This document shows positions 46,731 through 55,093 of a stretch of DNA of 64,000 bases, in pieces. Position numbers and translations under genes: made by a program. The notes below the pieces were generated by a model. That model was not told the DNA's origin. It was given only the letters and a program-made list of their open reading frames with translations, and made no database searches. The stretch's first letter is position 1, and the number at the start of each line of letters is the position of its first letter. Origin of the DNA: a virus (taxonomy: Duplodnaviria > Caudoviricetes); the IMG/VR virus record IMGVR_UViG_3300028920_000023; one strand, 5' to 3'.

Positions 46731-47399
46731 TTACGTGACAGGAAAACCCGACCCGATATGCAGTTTAAGTTTACCACGATCTAATTCCAACATCTCCATT
46801 CCGGCTACCTTAGCTGCTCGAGACGCAATAGAAACTATTTCCTTCTCCAATGTCTCAGACATACTGTCCATCATATCCTGAATCTTTACTAACTCTACGA
46901 TTATATTCTGTAGGTACTCTACAGAGAATTCTGGATCATGAATTTCTTTTATTTGTATCGTAATGACAGAATAAGACCCTCTTGGCTTTATTTGTAGTTC
47001 CGTATCTGTAAGTCTATAAGAGAAACTATCTATTAGGAATTTCCTTGTAGCATAACGCAATATACGCATTTTTGGTATTCTTTTAGACAATTCTTTTAAC
47101 ATATGAAGATGTACTTCAAACGTCATTTTAGTTTCATTTAATATTTCTTTTATCTTATTTAGAAAGATCTCGACATCTCTTGTTTTTTGAACCACATGCG
47201 TAGAGATCTTGATTGGCCCATTCTGATCTACCAGGACATGTTCCAATCGGATCTCTTTCGTTGTTTCCTTCAATATAATCTTACTTCTATCTCCCGGTCC
47301 AAATACAGATTTACTGCTAGTTCTATAGCCTTTCTCTTTCGCGGCAGATAAAATATGTGCAACTGTTACTGGTTTCGCAATCTGTATCGATTTCGTCAT
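46731..47399 (-). CDS. Hypothetical protein (AT-rich)
   Basis: 222-aa ORF. Confidence 0.65.
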   Translation of the reverse strand: MTKSIQIAKPVTVAHILSAAKEKGYRTSSKSVFGPGDRSKIILKETTKEIRLEHVLVDQNGPIKISTHVVQKTRDVEIFLNKIKEILNETKMTFEVHLHMLKELSKRIPKMRILRYATRKFLIDSFSYRLTDTELQIKPRGSYSVITIQIKEIHDPEFSVEYLQNIIVELVKIQDMMDSMSETLEKEIVSIASRAAKVAGMEMLELDRGKLKLHIGSGFPVT

Positions 47400-47434
47400 A
47401 CCATATTATATCAAGTTCCGGTATTCTCGGAATT

Positions 47435-48835
47435 TCACTTTATCAATAACTTAATCTGTTCCTGTAATTGTGTTATCTGATCTGTCAATCTAGAATTCTC
47501 TTCCTCTGTTTTTCGAATCACACTCTGGATAGCGGCCGCCAATATCGGCGTAACTCGTGCATAATCTACCATCTGATACTTAGGATCGCCATCATCATCT
47601 ACCTCATTCGGTTCCCCAGTAACAGCTGTTGGGACAACCTGCTGTAATTCATCCGCTATAAACCCTAATTGCACAATATCTGATTCTTTAAATTCAAATA
47701 ATCTGGGTTTTATCTGCATAATCTGTTGTATCGCTTCGGAATCAGATAGATCATGAATATTGCGCTTTAATCGCCTATCTGACGATGTGTTATAAGCTAT
47801 ATTGGTGCCATCTGTCGAGATACTACCTTTCAACCCGCCGTTATACCAAATCGCCACCAGATCCCCCGTAGTAGTTCGTCTACCTATATTCATACAATTA
47901 CCACTGTCTCTAGATAATATCGCGTAGCCATTCACTGGCTGAAAACCAACGTAACTACCAGTATCGCTTATTATACTCGGAACAACAGCATACCCATTGA
48001 AAGTCACATCACCAAGACTTGTAATCCGCATACGCTCAGTAGGTGATGATGCACCATCCGATGACGTCCAAAAAGACAACCTACCAGGCATATCAGACCC
48101 ATTACTTGGCGTATTATCCACATAACACCGTATACTACCAGCATCCTTAAACCCGGTTCCATCATTACCACTAAAATTAATACCCCCAATATTATCACCA
48201 TTTTGAACTATCGTATTATTACCAACCACACTACCACGAGATTTATTAAATGACAGAAATGAGCCAGTAGCACTATTCTCGGTAATAATGAAAGCACCAG
48301 AAGCTGTTGCAAAATTCGTACCTTCAACCTGGAACCTAGAAGTCGTAGAACCATTAAACAAATTGTTACGCAAATTGCCTATCCCAAAATTACCATTAGT
48401 GTCAAAACGAGCACTCTCAGTAAACTCACCCCTCGTAAAAATAACACAACTGGCAGTACTAACATGAGAATCTCCACACACCGTAACACCAGCACCCTTA
48501 TTATAAGCAGTACCACCATAAATAGACAAAGCATTATTATCAACATCTCTAAAAACATCTTGCTGATATAACCTCAATCCCAAAGTCTCGACTTGCATAA
48601 CCGTCTGAGGATTCGTAGAATCCGTCAAATTATTAATCTGCAAATTACCATTATCACTAGTAAGTTCCCATCCCGGAGAAGTATTATCTTCCTGGATCAG
48701 TAGGGATGGAGACGAACTGAATAAGGTCAAGCTCTCAAGCGTCGGATTTTGGTCTAATGGACCTGCTGGACCTGTTGGACCAGTTGGACCAATATTGCCA
48801 GTCTTCTCAGAGCCGTCAGAAGTTATAATTTTCAT
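47435..48835 (-). CDS. Fibre protein with C-terminal peptidase S74 intramolecular chaperone
   Basis: GNIGPTGPTGPAGP; beta-repeat body; TSSDRRLKRNI...LGFIADELQQVVPTAV...VDYARVTPIL. Confidence 0.85.
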   Translation of the reverse strand: MKIITSDGSEKTGNIGPTGPTGPAGPLDQNPTLESLTLFSSSPSLLIQEDNTSPGWELTSDNGNLQINNLTDSTNPQTVMQVETLGLRLYQQDVFRDVDNNALSIYGGTAYNKGAGVTVCGDSHVSTASCVIFTRGEFTESARFDTNGNFGIGNLRNNLFNGSTTSRFQVEGTNFATASGAFIITENSATGSFLSFNKSRGSVVGNNTIVQNGDNIGGINFSGNDGTGFKDAGSIRCYVDNTPSNGSDMPGRLSFWTSSDGASSPTERMRITSLGDVTFNGYAVVPSIISDTGSYVGFQPVNGYAILSRDSGNCMNIGRRTTTGDLVAIWYNGGLKGSISTDGTNIAYNTSSDRRLKRNIHDLSDSEAIQQIMQIKPRLFEFKESDIVQLGFIADELQQVVPTAVTGEPNEVDDDGDPKYQMVDYARVTPILAAAIQSVIRKTEEENSRLTDQITQLQEQIKLLIK

Positions 48836-48844
48836 GGATTGTCC

Positions 48845-49459
48845 TTATCCGTCAGCTTGATTTGCCTTCGTAGGAAGAAGAGAAATGTCGCCACTGATAT
48901 TTTGAACCAAACAAGACCAGTAAAGCCAGCGATATTTGAAATTTCCTGTATCACTAGACTTAATAACCCTATAAGTATCAATACTATTACCCTTATCCTG
49001 CCTCAAATCCGTAAACTGGGTAACAGCTAAGGTATTATGAGGAACAATTAGAACATCACCCTCAGCAATCATCCTCCTACCAAACAACCTCAACACAGAT
49101 GCCCTAGAGAAGTGCACCGTAGTCTCATTCTCAACATCTACGCCCCACTTCTTGATCTCGATCTCAGCGGGCTCTGGCTCGAACATCCCCTTCAATTTTT
49201 TGGGGGCAAGGTATGTTGGATCAGCATCTTCTTCCCATACTTCGTCTCTACGATCTGATCTGGTTCTTGGATAGATTTCTATCCATGCTCCAGATATGTT
49301 CACGATCTCTTCGGCTTGTCTTTCTGCGAATGAGATATCCGGGCTACCATGGTTATAGGTAGAAAGTAGAGAATTTTGCTTTTCCTCATCAGAACGATAA
49401 TCGGGAAGATTATCCCTAGTATCGTATTGCTGATTAAAGTCGAAATTTATAATAGACAT
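48845..49459 (-). CDS. Neck/head completion protein, gp14-like
   Basis: AEEIVNISGAWIEIYPR...EVWEED...KKWGVD...IAEGDVLIVP; lies in the neck cluster. Confidence 0.65.
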   Translation of the reverse strand: MSIINFDFNQQYDTRDNLPDYRSDEEKQNSLLSTYNHGSPDISFAERQAEEIVNISGAWIEIYPRTRSDRRDEVWEEDADPTYLAPKKLKGMFEPEPAEIEIKKWGVDVENETTVHFSRASVLRLFGRRMIAEGDVLIVPHNTLAVTQFTDLRQDKGNSIDTYRVIKSSDTGNFKYRWLYWSCLVQNISGDISLLPTKANQADG

Positions 49460-49983
49460 CAGTAGAACTCCGCACTAAGCCTGCCCTGTGGATCAACAGG
49501 TTCAAGTGGGCCAGGAACTGGCGTCAAAGAAGCCCTCAGAGGATCATTTGGGATCAGATCCGGGTCTGGTGCTCTCCTGAGCGGATCTTCTGTGGTAACG
49601 CACCCCGTGAAGTTAGACCCTTCGCTACTGCACAGTGGGTCTTCCGGATTTTCTGGTTCTCTTACCTTGGCATTATCTTTCAGAATTTTGTACCAATCCT
49701 CGACACAATTCTTAGGACAAAAATTGCCGTTTGGGGGTGGTCCTTCCGGTAGTTCAAAAAAGATCCCGGTGCTATTCTGTCCTCTTGGGAGTAGAGTTCT
49801 AACCAATCTGGATCCTGGTATAAGCTCTAGTGCATCTTCGACTGGTATTATAGAGGCATTACAGTTGATGTTTCTACTTAGGGCTAGTCCTGTTAGACTG
49901 CTTGTGGGTTCACATCCTGGTACTTGTAGGACGTTTCCTGGTTTGACTTCTAGTTTGTTTCGTATAGTTATTGTAGTACTCAT
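49459..49983 (-). CDS. Hypothetical virion-associated protein (possibly leaderless)
   Basis: 174 aa; ATG 4 nt after CAAAGATA, no SD. Confidence 0.65.
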   Translation of the reverse strand: MSTTITIRNKLEVKPGNVLQVPGCEPTSSLTGLALSRNINCNASIIPVEDALELIPGSRLVRTLLPRGQNSTGIFFELPEGPPPNGNFCPKNCVEDWYKILKDNAKVREPENPEDPLCSSEGSNFTGCVTTEDPLRRAPDPDLIPNDPLRASLTPVPGPLEPVDPQGRLSAEFY

Positions 49984-49987
49984 ATCT

Positions 49988-49995
49988 TATCTTTG
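49988..49995 (-). promoter_or_regulatory. Candidate late promoter CAAAGATA
   Basis: 4 nt before ATG 49983. Confidence 0.55.
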
Positions 49996-49999
49996 AATA

Positions 50000-50521
50000 T
50001 TATCGGTAAGCTCCAACGCCTCTCTTGTATCGAACAATCCCCTGCGCAGTAGCACTAGGATTCATCAAAATCTTAGCAGCAATACCAAAATGAACATTAG
50101 ACTCAAGATCCTCAATCTCAATATTATCGCTCGGATCCACATCATTCTCTAAAAGAAAATCACGAATACTAGACAACTTATCATCCGTAAAACCATACAT
50201 CTGAAAAGCATTATTCTGAACCCTAATCCACCCCATCTCAATCATAGCATAATCACGTGGATCAGAACCATCCCTGAAAAACTCCACGGCTCTCTCATCA
50301 GCACCATTCTCCAGAAGCCACTCCGCAACCTCATCAGACAGAGGCTCCAGAGGTATAATTTCAGGCGTATCTGGATCATCCAAATCCACACCGAGAGCAC
50401 TGGATAAAGCAATCATCATATGATTATAATCACTAATATCCCCATCAGCAAAGGTCTCTTGACCACTATCATCAAGCCACCATTCGCCGGATATAGACTC
50501 AGCTATCTGCCACATGTTCAT
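50000..50521 (-). CDS. Hypothetical acidic protein (possibly leaderless)
   Basis: 173 aa; ATG 4 nt after CAAACATA, no SD. Confidence 0.7.
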   Translation of the reverse strand: MNMWQIAESISGEWWLDDSGQETFADGDISDYNHMMIALSSALGVDLDDPDTPEIIPLEPLSDEVAEWLLENGADERAVEFFRDGSDPRDYAMIEMGWIRVQNNAFQMYGFTDDKLSSIRDFLLENDVDPSDNIEIEDLESNVHFGIAAKILMNPSATAQGIVRYKRGVGAYR

Positions 50522-50525
50522 GTCT

Positions 50526-50533
50526 TATGTTTG
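50526..50533 (-). promoter_or_regulatory. Candidate late promoter CAAACATA
   Basis: 4 nt before ATG 50521. Confidence 0.55.
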
Positions 50534-50568
50534 TTTATCCGAATCGTAAATAAGCTAGGAACAACGTT

Positions 50569-50988
50569 GTGGTAACGTTGTTAAAAGCTAAGGGGAAAGA
50601 AATGAAAAAACTGTCTAAAGCCAAAAAAGAATGGATAAGAAGCACCACAGGATGGGACCAATACTCAAATTCCACCAAATTCTCAATAATTTATAGAGCA
50701 TTATCTGGAATACGAAACCCACACCGGACAACAGAGACATTATTGGACGAGGCTCTACGAGCAGATAAGCTCCATGACGGGCATCCTCAGATAATAGTAG
50801 AAGCTATAGAGGATTTAATTCCTGATTTCTTCAAGGATCTACCTACGGAAGGAACCCCGGATATGATCAGGAAAAAGGCTTTTATTTCCGAGTTTATAAC
50901 CTGTGAAGTCCGGAACGGAGAGACACGATACGATAAACCGAACCTCAGAAAAAACAAGTCAAAAGCGAAATGGGCAGATGATTTCTAA
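50569..50988 (+). CDS. Hypothetical protein (likely start MKKLSK)
   Basis: Plus-strand ORF in a gap between minus-strand genes. Confidence 0.55.
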   Translation: MVTLLKAKGKEMKKLSKAKKEWIRSTTGWDQYSNSTKFSIIYRALSGIRNPHRTTETLLDEALRADKLHDGHPQIIVEAIEDLIPDFFKDLPTEGTPDMIRKKAFISEFITCEVRNGETRYDKPNLRKNKSKAKWADDF

Positions 50989-51446
50989 CCTTCGGACTCT
51001 GCTTCCTTTACGCCTAGCCCGTGATATAGAAGCAGAAGAGCAATACCAACTTCTGGGTCTAACGTTAATATTTCTTTTCTCAAGCGCTCCTCGAGTTTGT
51101 TCTTGAATCTCAACATGTCCTCAGTAACTAGATCATATACTTGCTCTTCGATATCATCTAGATTACTGATGTTTAAACCAGTAATCTTTCTTGCATCCCT
51201 GACCAATTCGTCATAAAATCCTAGGGGGTATTTCGGGATAATGGTCCATTCGCCGGTCTCATCTGGGTCAGTATTCGGGACGACTATGTTAAGATCCATC
51301 TCGTCGCGAGGTGACAATTTACCAGACTTTCTAAGATGGTCCGTGATCTCGTCTTCCGATAGTTTGGTAATCTTCGATATCCCTCCGAGGTCAAGATTGT
51401 TATCCCAAAGCAGAGCCAAGATCTCGAGAGCTTCTTCTTTCTTCAT
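50985..51446 (-). CDS. Hypothetical protein (start re-assigned to ATG 51446)
   Basis: GGAGGG SD before MKKEEALEIL. Confidence 0.6.
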   Translation of the reverse strand: MKKEEALEILALLWDNNLDLGGISKITKLSEDEITDHLRKSGKLSPRDEMDLNIVVPNTDPDETGEWTIIPKYPLGFYDELVRDARKITGLNISNLDDIEEQVYDLVTEDMLRFKNKLEERLRKEILTLDPEVGIALLLLYHGLGVKEAESEG

Positions 51447-51464
51447 GCCACCACCCTCCAAATG

Positions 51465-51492
51465 GAGAGCATGGACGAAAGTCCATGCTCTC
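51465..51492. other. Perfect 12-bp hairpin with a GAAA tetraloop on the plus strand
   Basis: gagagcatggac-gaaa-gtccatgctctc. Confidence 0.8.
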
Positions 51493-51498
51493 TCTATA

Positions 51499-51576
51499 TC
51501 ATCGCTTAATGACGATGACCTCGGAACTGCTCGCAAGACAGCAACCAACAATCACCCCAAGTATGAACCAAGGCAT
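51499..51576 (-). CDS. 25-aa hydrophobic peptide MPWFILGVIVGCCLASSSEVIVIKR
   Basis: GAGGAG SD; translated by hand. Confidence 0.5.
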   Translation of the reverse strand: MPWFILGVIVGCCLASSSEVIVIKR

Positions 51577-51585
51577 GACGACTCC

Positions 51586-51666
51586 TCACATTTTATCGAT
51601 GTGCTTTCTCGCAGCCTCCCTGATGGGCTCGGTGGCGATAAGCACAAGAACAACGAACCAAGGCAT
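51586..51666 (-). CDS. 26-aa peptide MPWFVVLVLIATEPIREAARKHIDKM
   Basis: GAGGG SD; same first 12 nt (atgccttggttc) as 51499..51576. Confidence 0.45.
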   Translation of the reverse strand: MPWFVVLVLIATEPIREAARKHIDKM

Positions 51667-51881
51667 GGCTATCCCTCTACCCAAAGCAAGACCGCAATCG
51701 AACACGACAACAATCAAAAAACAAACGCGCCTGTCTATGTCGTTGTATCGCCGTGTCATCTAACAAACAGTCATCGCCCAATCCACAAAACACCCAACAA
51801 ACATTGGCGTTCAACCCATAAACCAGATGAAGGCAATCCTGCTAGATACGCAAGAATAAAAATGAAGACTTACGAAGACAA

Positions 51882-53012
51882 CTAATGAAGAATGGGACCC
51901 AAAGGTTCAGAATGCAAAATTGCGTCCTGAACTGTCTTTTCTTTCTCCTGTTGTCCCTCGGTCCTCATCTGTTCACCATTCAGACTCAAAGAACCACCGC
52001 CAGGAGCAGGTATATTACCGAACTTGCTCCTGACATTTCCAATCATAATCTTAGCTTCTGCAATCAGAGCTCTCTTAGTAAGTTCTCTAGCCCAAGGGCT
52101 TCTGAAATGGTTAACAACCGGGATGTATTCTATAACTACAGGAAAACTGCCACGTGGTGTTGGAAACAACCTAATCTTATTATCTCCTTTAACTTCCCAT
52201 TGTCCCTCGGTACCCAATATTCGCTGACTGAATTTGCGATACGATAACAACATGTGGTAATCAAGGAGTAAATTCTGAATGCCAGTAACGTTTCCTATAT
52301 TGAACAGGAAACTATTATGTACGACAAAATCGTTTGCAATTAAATTATGAAATTCTTTGGTTTCAAAATCATATGTCTCAAATTCACCAACTTCTACAAT
52401 TGATGATATTTTAGCTAAGATTACAGTATCTGATTTCCTCATATAAAGGCGCTGATCAACTGTGAGGTCCTTTGCTAACTTCCAACCATTTTCACTCATA
52501 AACTTATGATTAAATGATGCAACAACAGTAGAATCATCTGCGGTTATCTCTAAACATTTCTTCATACCTGATTCTTTTCTACTGATAATCTCATCTTCTA
52601 CAATATTGCCGTTACTATATGACAATATCTTAGACCCTACCTGTAGGTCTCTCGCTTGTATTTTCCCATCATACAACGAAATAAGACAATCACCGCGCAG
52701 ACATTCAGCTCCAAATATGTCACCAATACGCGTGGTCGCCGGATCCCACGAAACATTCTGAACCCAATAAGCGTCCTGGGGCAGATTATAACCATTAACC
52801 AAAGGCTGAGTATTAAAGTACGCATACTTCTGTTCAGAAGGAAAGTAAGTAGCTATAAAATCACAAGTGGATCTTATAGCCTGTTCCAATTGCGGTTCTG
52901 TAATCTCATTAGCAATTACAGGGTGGCCAAGTGTCGATAATACCTCGAATTTGGTCTCGTCGTTGTTCTTACGTAGTACAACGGGTAATTTATCAGGACC
53001 AATAATAGCCAT
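51882..53012 (-). CDS. Neck protein, gp13-like, with a mini-intein (about 246 aa spliced)
   Basis: LSTLGHPVIANEITEPQLEQAI, WARELTKRALIAEAK...RSKFGNIPAPGG...LNG. Confidence 0.8.
   Translation of the reverse strand: MAIIGPDKLPVVLRKNNDETKFEVLSTLGHPVIANEITEPQLEQAIRSTCDFIATYFPSEQKYAYFNTQPLVNGYNLPQDAYWVQNVSWDPATTRIGDIFGAECLRGDCLISLYDGKIQARDLQVGSKILSYSNGNIVEDEIISRKESGMKKCLEITADDSTVVASFNHKFMSENGWKLAKDLTVDQRLYMRKSDTVILAKISSIVEVGEFETYDFETKEFHNLIANDFVVHNSFLFNIGNVTGIQNLLLDYHMLLSYRKFSQRILGTEGQWEVKGDNKIRLFPTPRGSFPVVIEYIPVVNHFRSPWARELTKRALIAEAKIMIGNVRSKFGNIPAPGGGSLSLNGEQMRTEGQQEKEKTVQDAILHSEPLGPILH
52314..52703 (-). mobile_element. Mini-intein (130 aa) in neck protein
   Basis: GAE|CLRGDC...TYDFETKEFHNLIANDFVVHN|SFLF. 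Confidence 0.88.
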
Positions 53013-53030
53013 TCAAAAATCCTCCTTTCC

Positions 53031-53038
53031 TATTTTTA
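53031..53038 (-). promoter_or_regulatory. Candidate late promoter TAAAAATA
   Basis: 4 nt before the AGGAGG SD of the neck gene. Confidence 0.5.
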
Positions 53039-53076
53039 ATTTACATAAAGAAAGGAGACAGACGAAAGGAGAAAAT

Positions 53077-53487
53077 ATGGCCGAATACAAGATAGAATAC
53101 CAGAAAATAGACCAAGCACGATCTTTCCCGATACCCACATGGTCAGAAAAATTCGAAAAGATCGACGACGAATGGCTATGGATCTGGAAACAAGACCCAA
53201 AATGGTCCTTCCCCCTACAGGAAGTAAGAGACAATTATAAACTAGCATTACAATGCTCAAGAGATATACTCGACATATTCACAGAAGCAGCCGAAAGAAC
53301 AAAAAGAGAAATATCTCTCAAACACAAATGTCCAAACTTCAACTTAACAGAAATAGAAGCCGGAGAAACAGGAGCAGAATTCTGCAGATGCTTTCCAGAA
53401 TGCGAAAACAGACATGAAAAAGCCGAAAAACTCGAAGAACACATCTACACCTGGTCCGAATTACTCTGCACCACCATCGGGGTCTAG
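53077..53487 (+). CDS. Hypothetical protein (start re-assigned to ATG 53077)
   Basis: AAGGAG SD before MAEYKIEY. Confidence 0.65.
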   Translation: MAEYKIEYQKIDQARSFPIPTWSEKFEKIDDEWLWIWKQDPKWSFPLQEVRDNYKLALQCSRDILDIFTEAAERTKREISLKHKCPNFNLTEIEAGETGAEFCRCFPECENRHEKAEKLEEHIYTWSELLCTTIGV

Positions 53488-53488
53488 C

Positions 53489-53794
53489 ATGATTGGCGGG
53501 ATCATCATAGAAGTAGCAGAAACAGACAACAAAATCTTCGTAGACGTACATAGCACAATAAACACCCAGACCATCGGAATACTACTCGAAAAAGACGAAA
53601 ACAGTTCCCAAATAGAAATCGGGGACCTGGTTTGGTGGCATGGAAAATATGCATTTTGGACACCAGCAGAAAACCACACCAAAAGCAGAATGCAACTCAA
53701 ATGCAACTTCGACTATGACGTACAACTAAATAAAATAGGACCTAGCGGAGTGATATTGCCCAACAGACCACAAGACAGAGTATATAAGGGATGA
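53489..53794 (+). CDS. Hypothetical protein (start re-assigned to ATG 53489)
   Basis: Begins 1 nt after the previous stop. Confidence 0.55.
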   Translation: MIGGIIIEVAETDNKIFVDVHSTINTQTIGILLEKDENSSQIEIGDLVWWHGKYAFWTPAENHTKSRMQLKCNFDYDVQLNKIGPSGVILPNRPQDRVYKG

Positions 53795-53974
53795 AATGAA
53801 TACCAAAATACCAGGCATATGCGCCAAGAAACTCCACATAAAGAAAGACTGTGTAGAATTTAGAGGGAAACAGGGTGTTATATCAAACAGGAAATATCAG
53901 AATGTTTAGAGGAGTGTATAAATGAGGACAACAAGAATTCTGAGGTGTATGTAGTTGTGACAGTGAATCACAAG

Positions 53975-54046
53975 GCCACCATGGCTCAGCGGTAGAGCAG
54001 TGCCTTAGTAAGGCTCAGGTCGCAGGTTCGAATCCTGCTGGTGGCT
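53975..54046 (+). tRNA. tRNA-Thr, anticodon AGT; CCA not encoded
   Basis: Acceptor GCCACCA/TGGTGGC, D-arm GCTC/GAGC, anticodon stem GTGCC/GGCTC (one T-T mismatch) with loop TT-AGT-AA, T-arm GCAGG-TTCGAAT-CCTGC. Confidence 0.88.
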
Positions 54047-54048
54047 CT

Positions 54049-54555
54049 TTAAATTGGGAAGTGAAAACCACCCTCGCCATAAATAACACCATTAACTTCC
54101 ATCTTAAATACATCTAAAGAAATTATAGATTCCAATTTATTCTTTAATTCCGTTACGATAGCGTCAAGTTTTATATCAGGCTGTCGGAAACCATTATGTA
54201 GACTTGGCCCAGTCTTGAATTCGCCCGAGTTTATAACAGTTTGTGTTCCTACTGGAGTTCCGGGGACTAGGGTATCGGCCATAGCACAATAATGCCCACT
54301 TATTGTGAAACGGGCTGGTCTATCACCGAATTGTCTAGTAAATGCGACTGGTTTGGCGAAGTAAAAGGGCAGGTCCGTACATACGTCATCATCAAGCAGA
54401 GCTTCTATTGTGTCTGCTTGTCGTTCTAGATCACGTATGGTCTCGAACCTCTTGCCACGTATCGGAACCACCCTAAGATATGCCGTAAATGGGACCTTCC
54501 TGTCTAATGGCCCATGTGGCTTCGTTCCTGGTGCTTCTGATAGTTGTTGTGGCAT
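54049..54555 (-). CDS. Hypothetical protein
   Basis: 168 aa, convergent on the tRNA. Confidence 0.7.
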   Translation of the reverse strand: MPQQLSEAPGTKPHGPLDRKVPFTAYLRVVPIRGKRFETIRDLERQADTIEALLDDDVCTDLPFYFAKPVAFTRQFGDRPARFTISGHYCAMADTLVPGTPVGTQTVINSGEFKTGPSLHNGFRQPDIKLDAIVTELKNKLESIISLDVFKMEVNGVIYGEGGFHFPI

Positions 54556-54626
54556 TGGTACACCTTACCATTGTCGGAGCAACGTTTTTACACGTTGCTC
54601 CGTTTTTATTCAATGGTTAAGAGGCT

Positions 54627-55049
54627 CTACGCAGTGAAGGCGTCGCTGGGACAAGCAGTCCGAAGCTCGCCGTACAGATCGTCAGTGATGTTGGCCTCTG
54701 TCTTCTGGATTTGGATCTCACGGGGGTTGCCCGGAAGACGTACCGGAAGATCAAGACCGCTGACGCCTGCGTATACCTCGCTAAGGGTGCACGGATCACG
54801 CGGCGCAACAACAACCGGATGACCGTAACGGAACGCATCCGTCCGGAAACTGGAATCACGCGTCTCGACCACCAGATTCTCTTCACCTGGTACAGTCACA
54901 AGCACCTCATCGAACGGAGTCGTCAGATGCTTGATGGACGTGTGACGTCGGTTGTCGTACGTCGTCTTGGCTCTGCGAAAAACCGAGATCGTAGCGTTAG
55001 CTGGCTGAGCAGCACCCATCTTATAATCCTCCATTGCGTCAGGTACCAT
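54627..55049 (-). CDS. Hypothetical, possibly abundant virion protein
   Basis: 140 aa; GC-rich codon usage like the MCP; late-promoter candidate upstream. Confidence 0.65.
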   Translation of the reverse strand: MVPDAMEDYKMGAAQPANATISVFRRAKTTYDNRRHTSIKHLTTPFDEVLVTVPGEENLVVETRDSSFRTDAFRYGHPVVVAPRDPCTLSEVYAGVSGLDLPVRLPGNPREIQIQKTEANITDDLYGELRTACPSDAFTA

Positions 55050-55069
55050 TCCCTGACCAAGTTCAATAT

Positions 55070-55077
55070 TATTTTTG
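55070..55077 (-). promoter_or_regulatory. Candidate late promoter CAAAAATA
   Basis: Intergenic, upstream of 54627..55049. Confidence 0.5.
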
Positions 55078-55093
55078 CACGGCGTAGATATTC

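Noticed and set aside
51241-51885. 214-aa plus-strand ORF
   Set aside because: Low-complexity A+C-skew product overlapping better-supported minus-strand ORFs.
53975-54046. Alternative reading as tRNA-Leu(TAG) or a suppressor tRNA
   Set aside because: Shifting the loop by one base breaks the anticodon stem; there is no long variable arm; the G1-C72/C2-G71 acceptor fits Thr.
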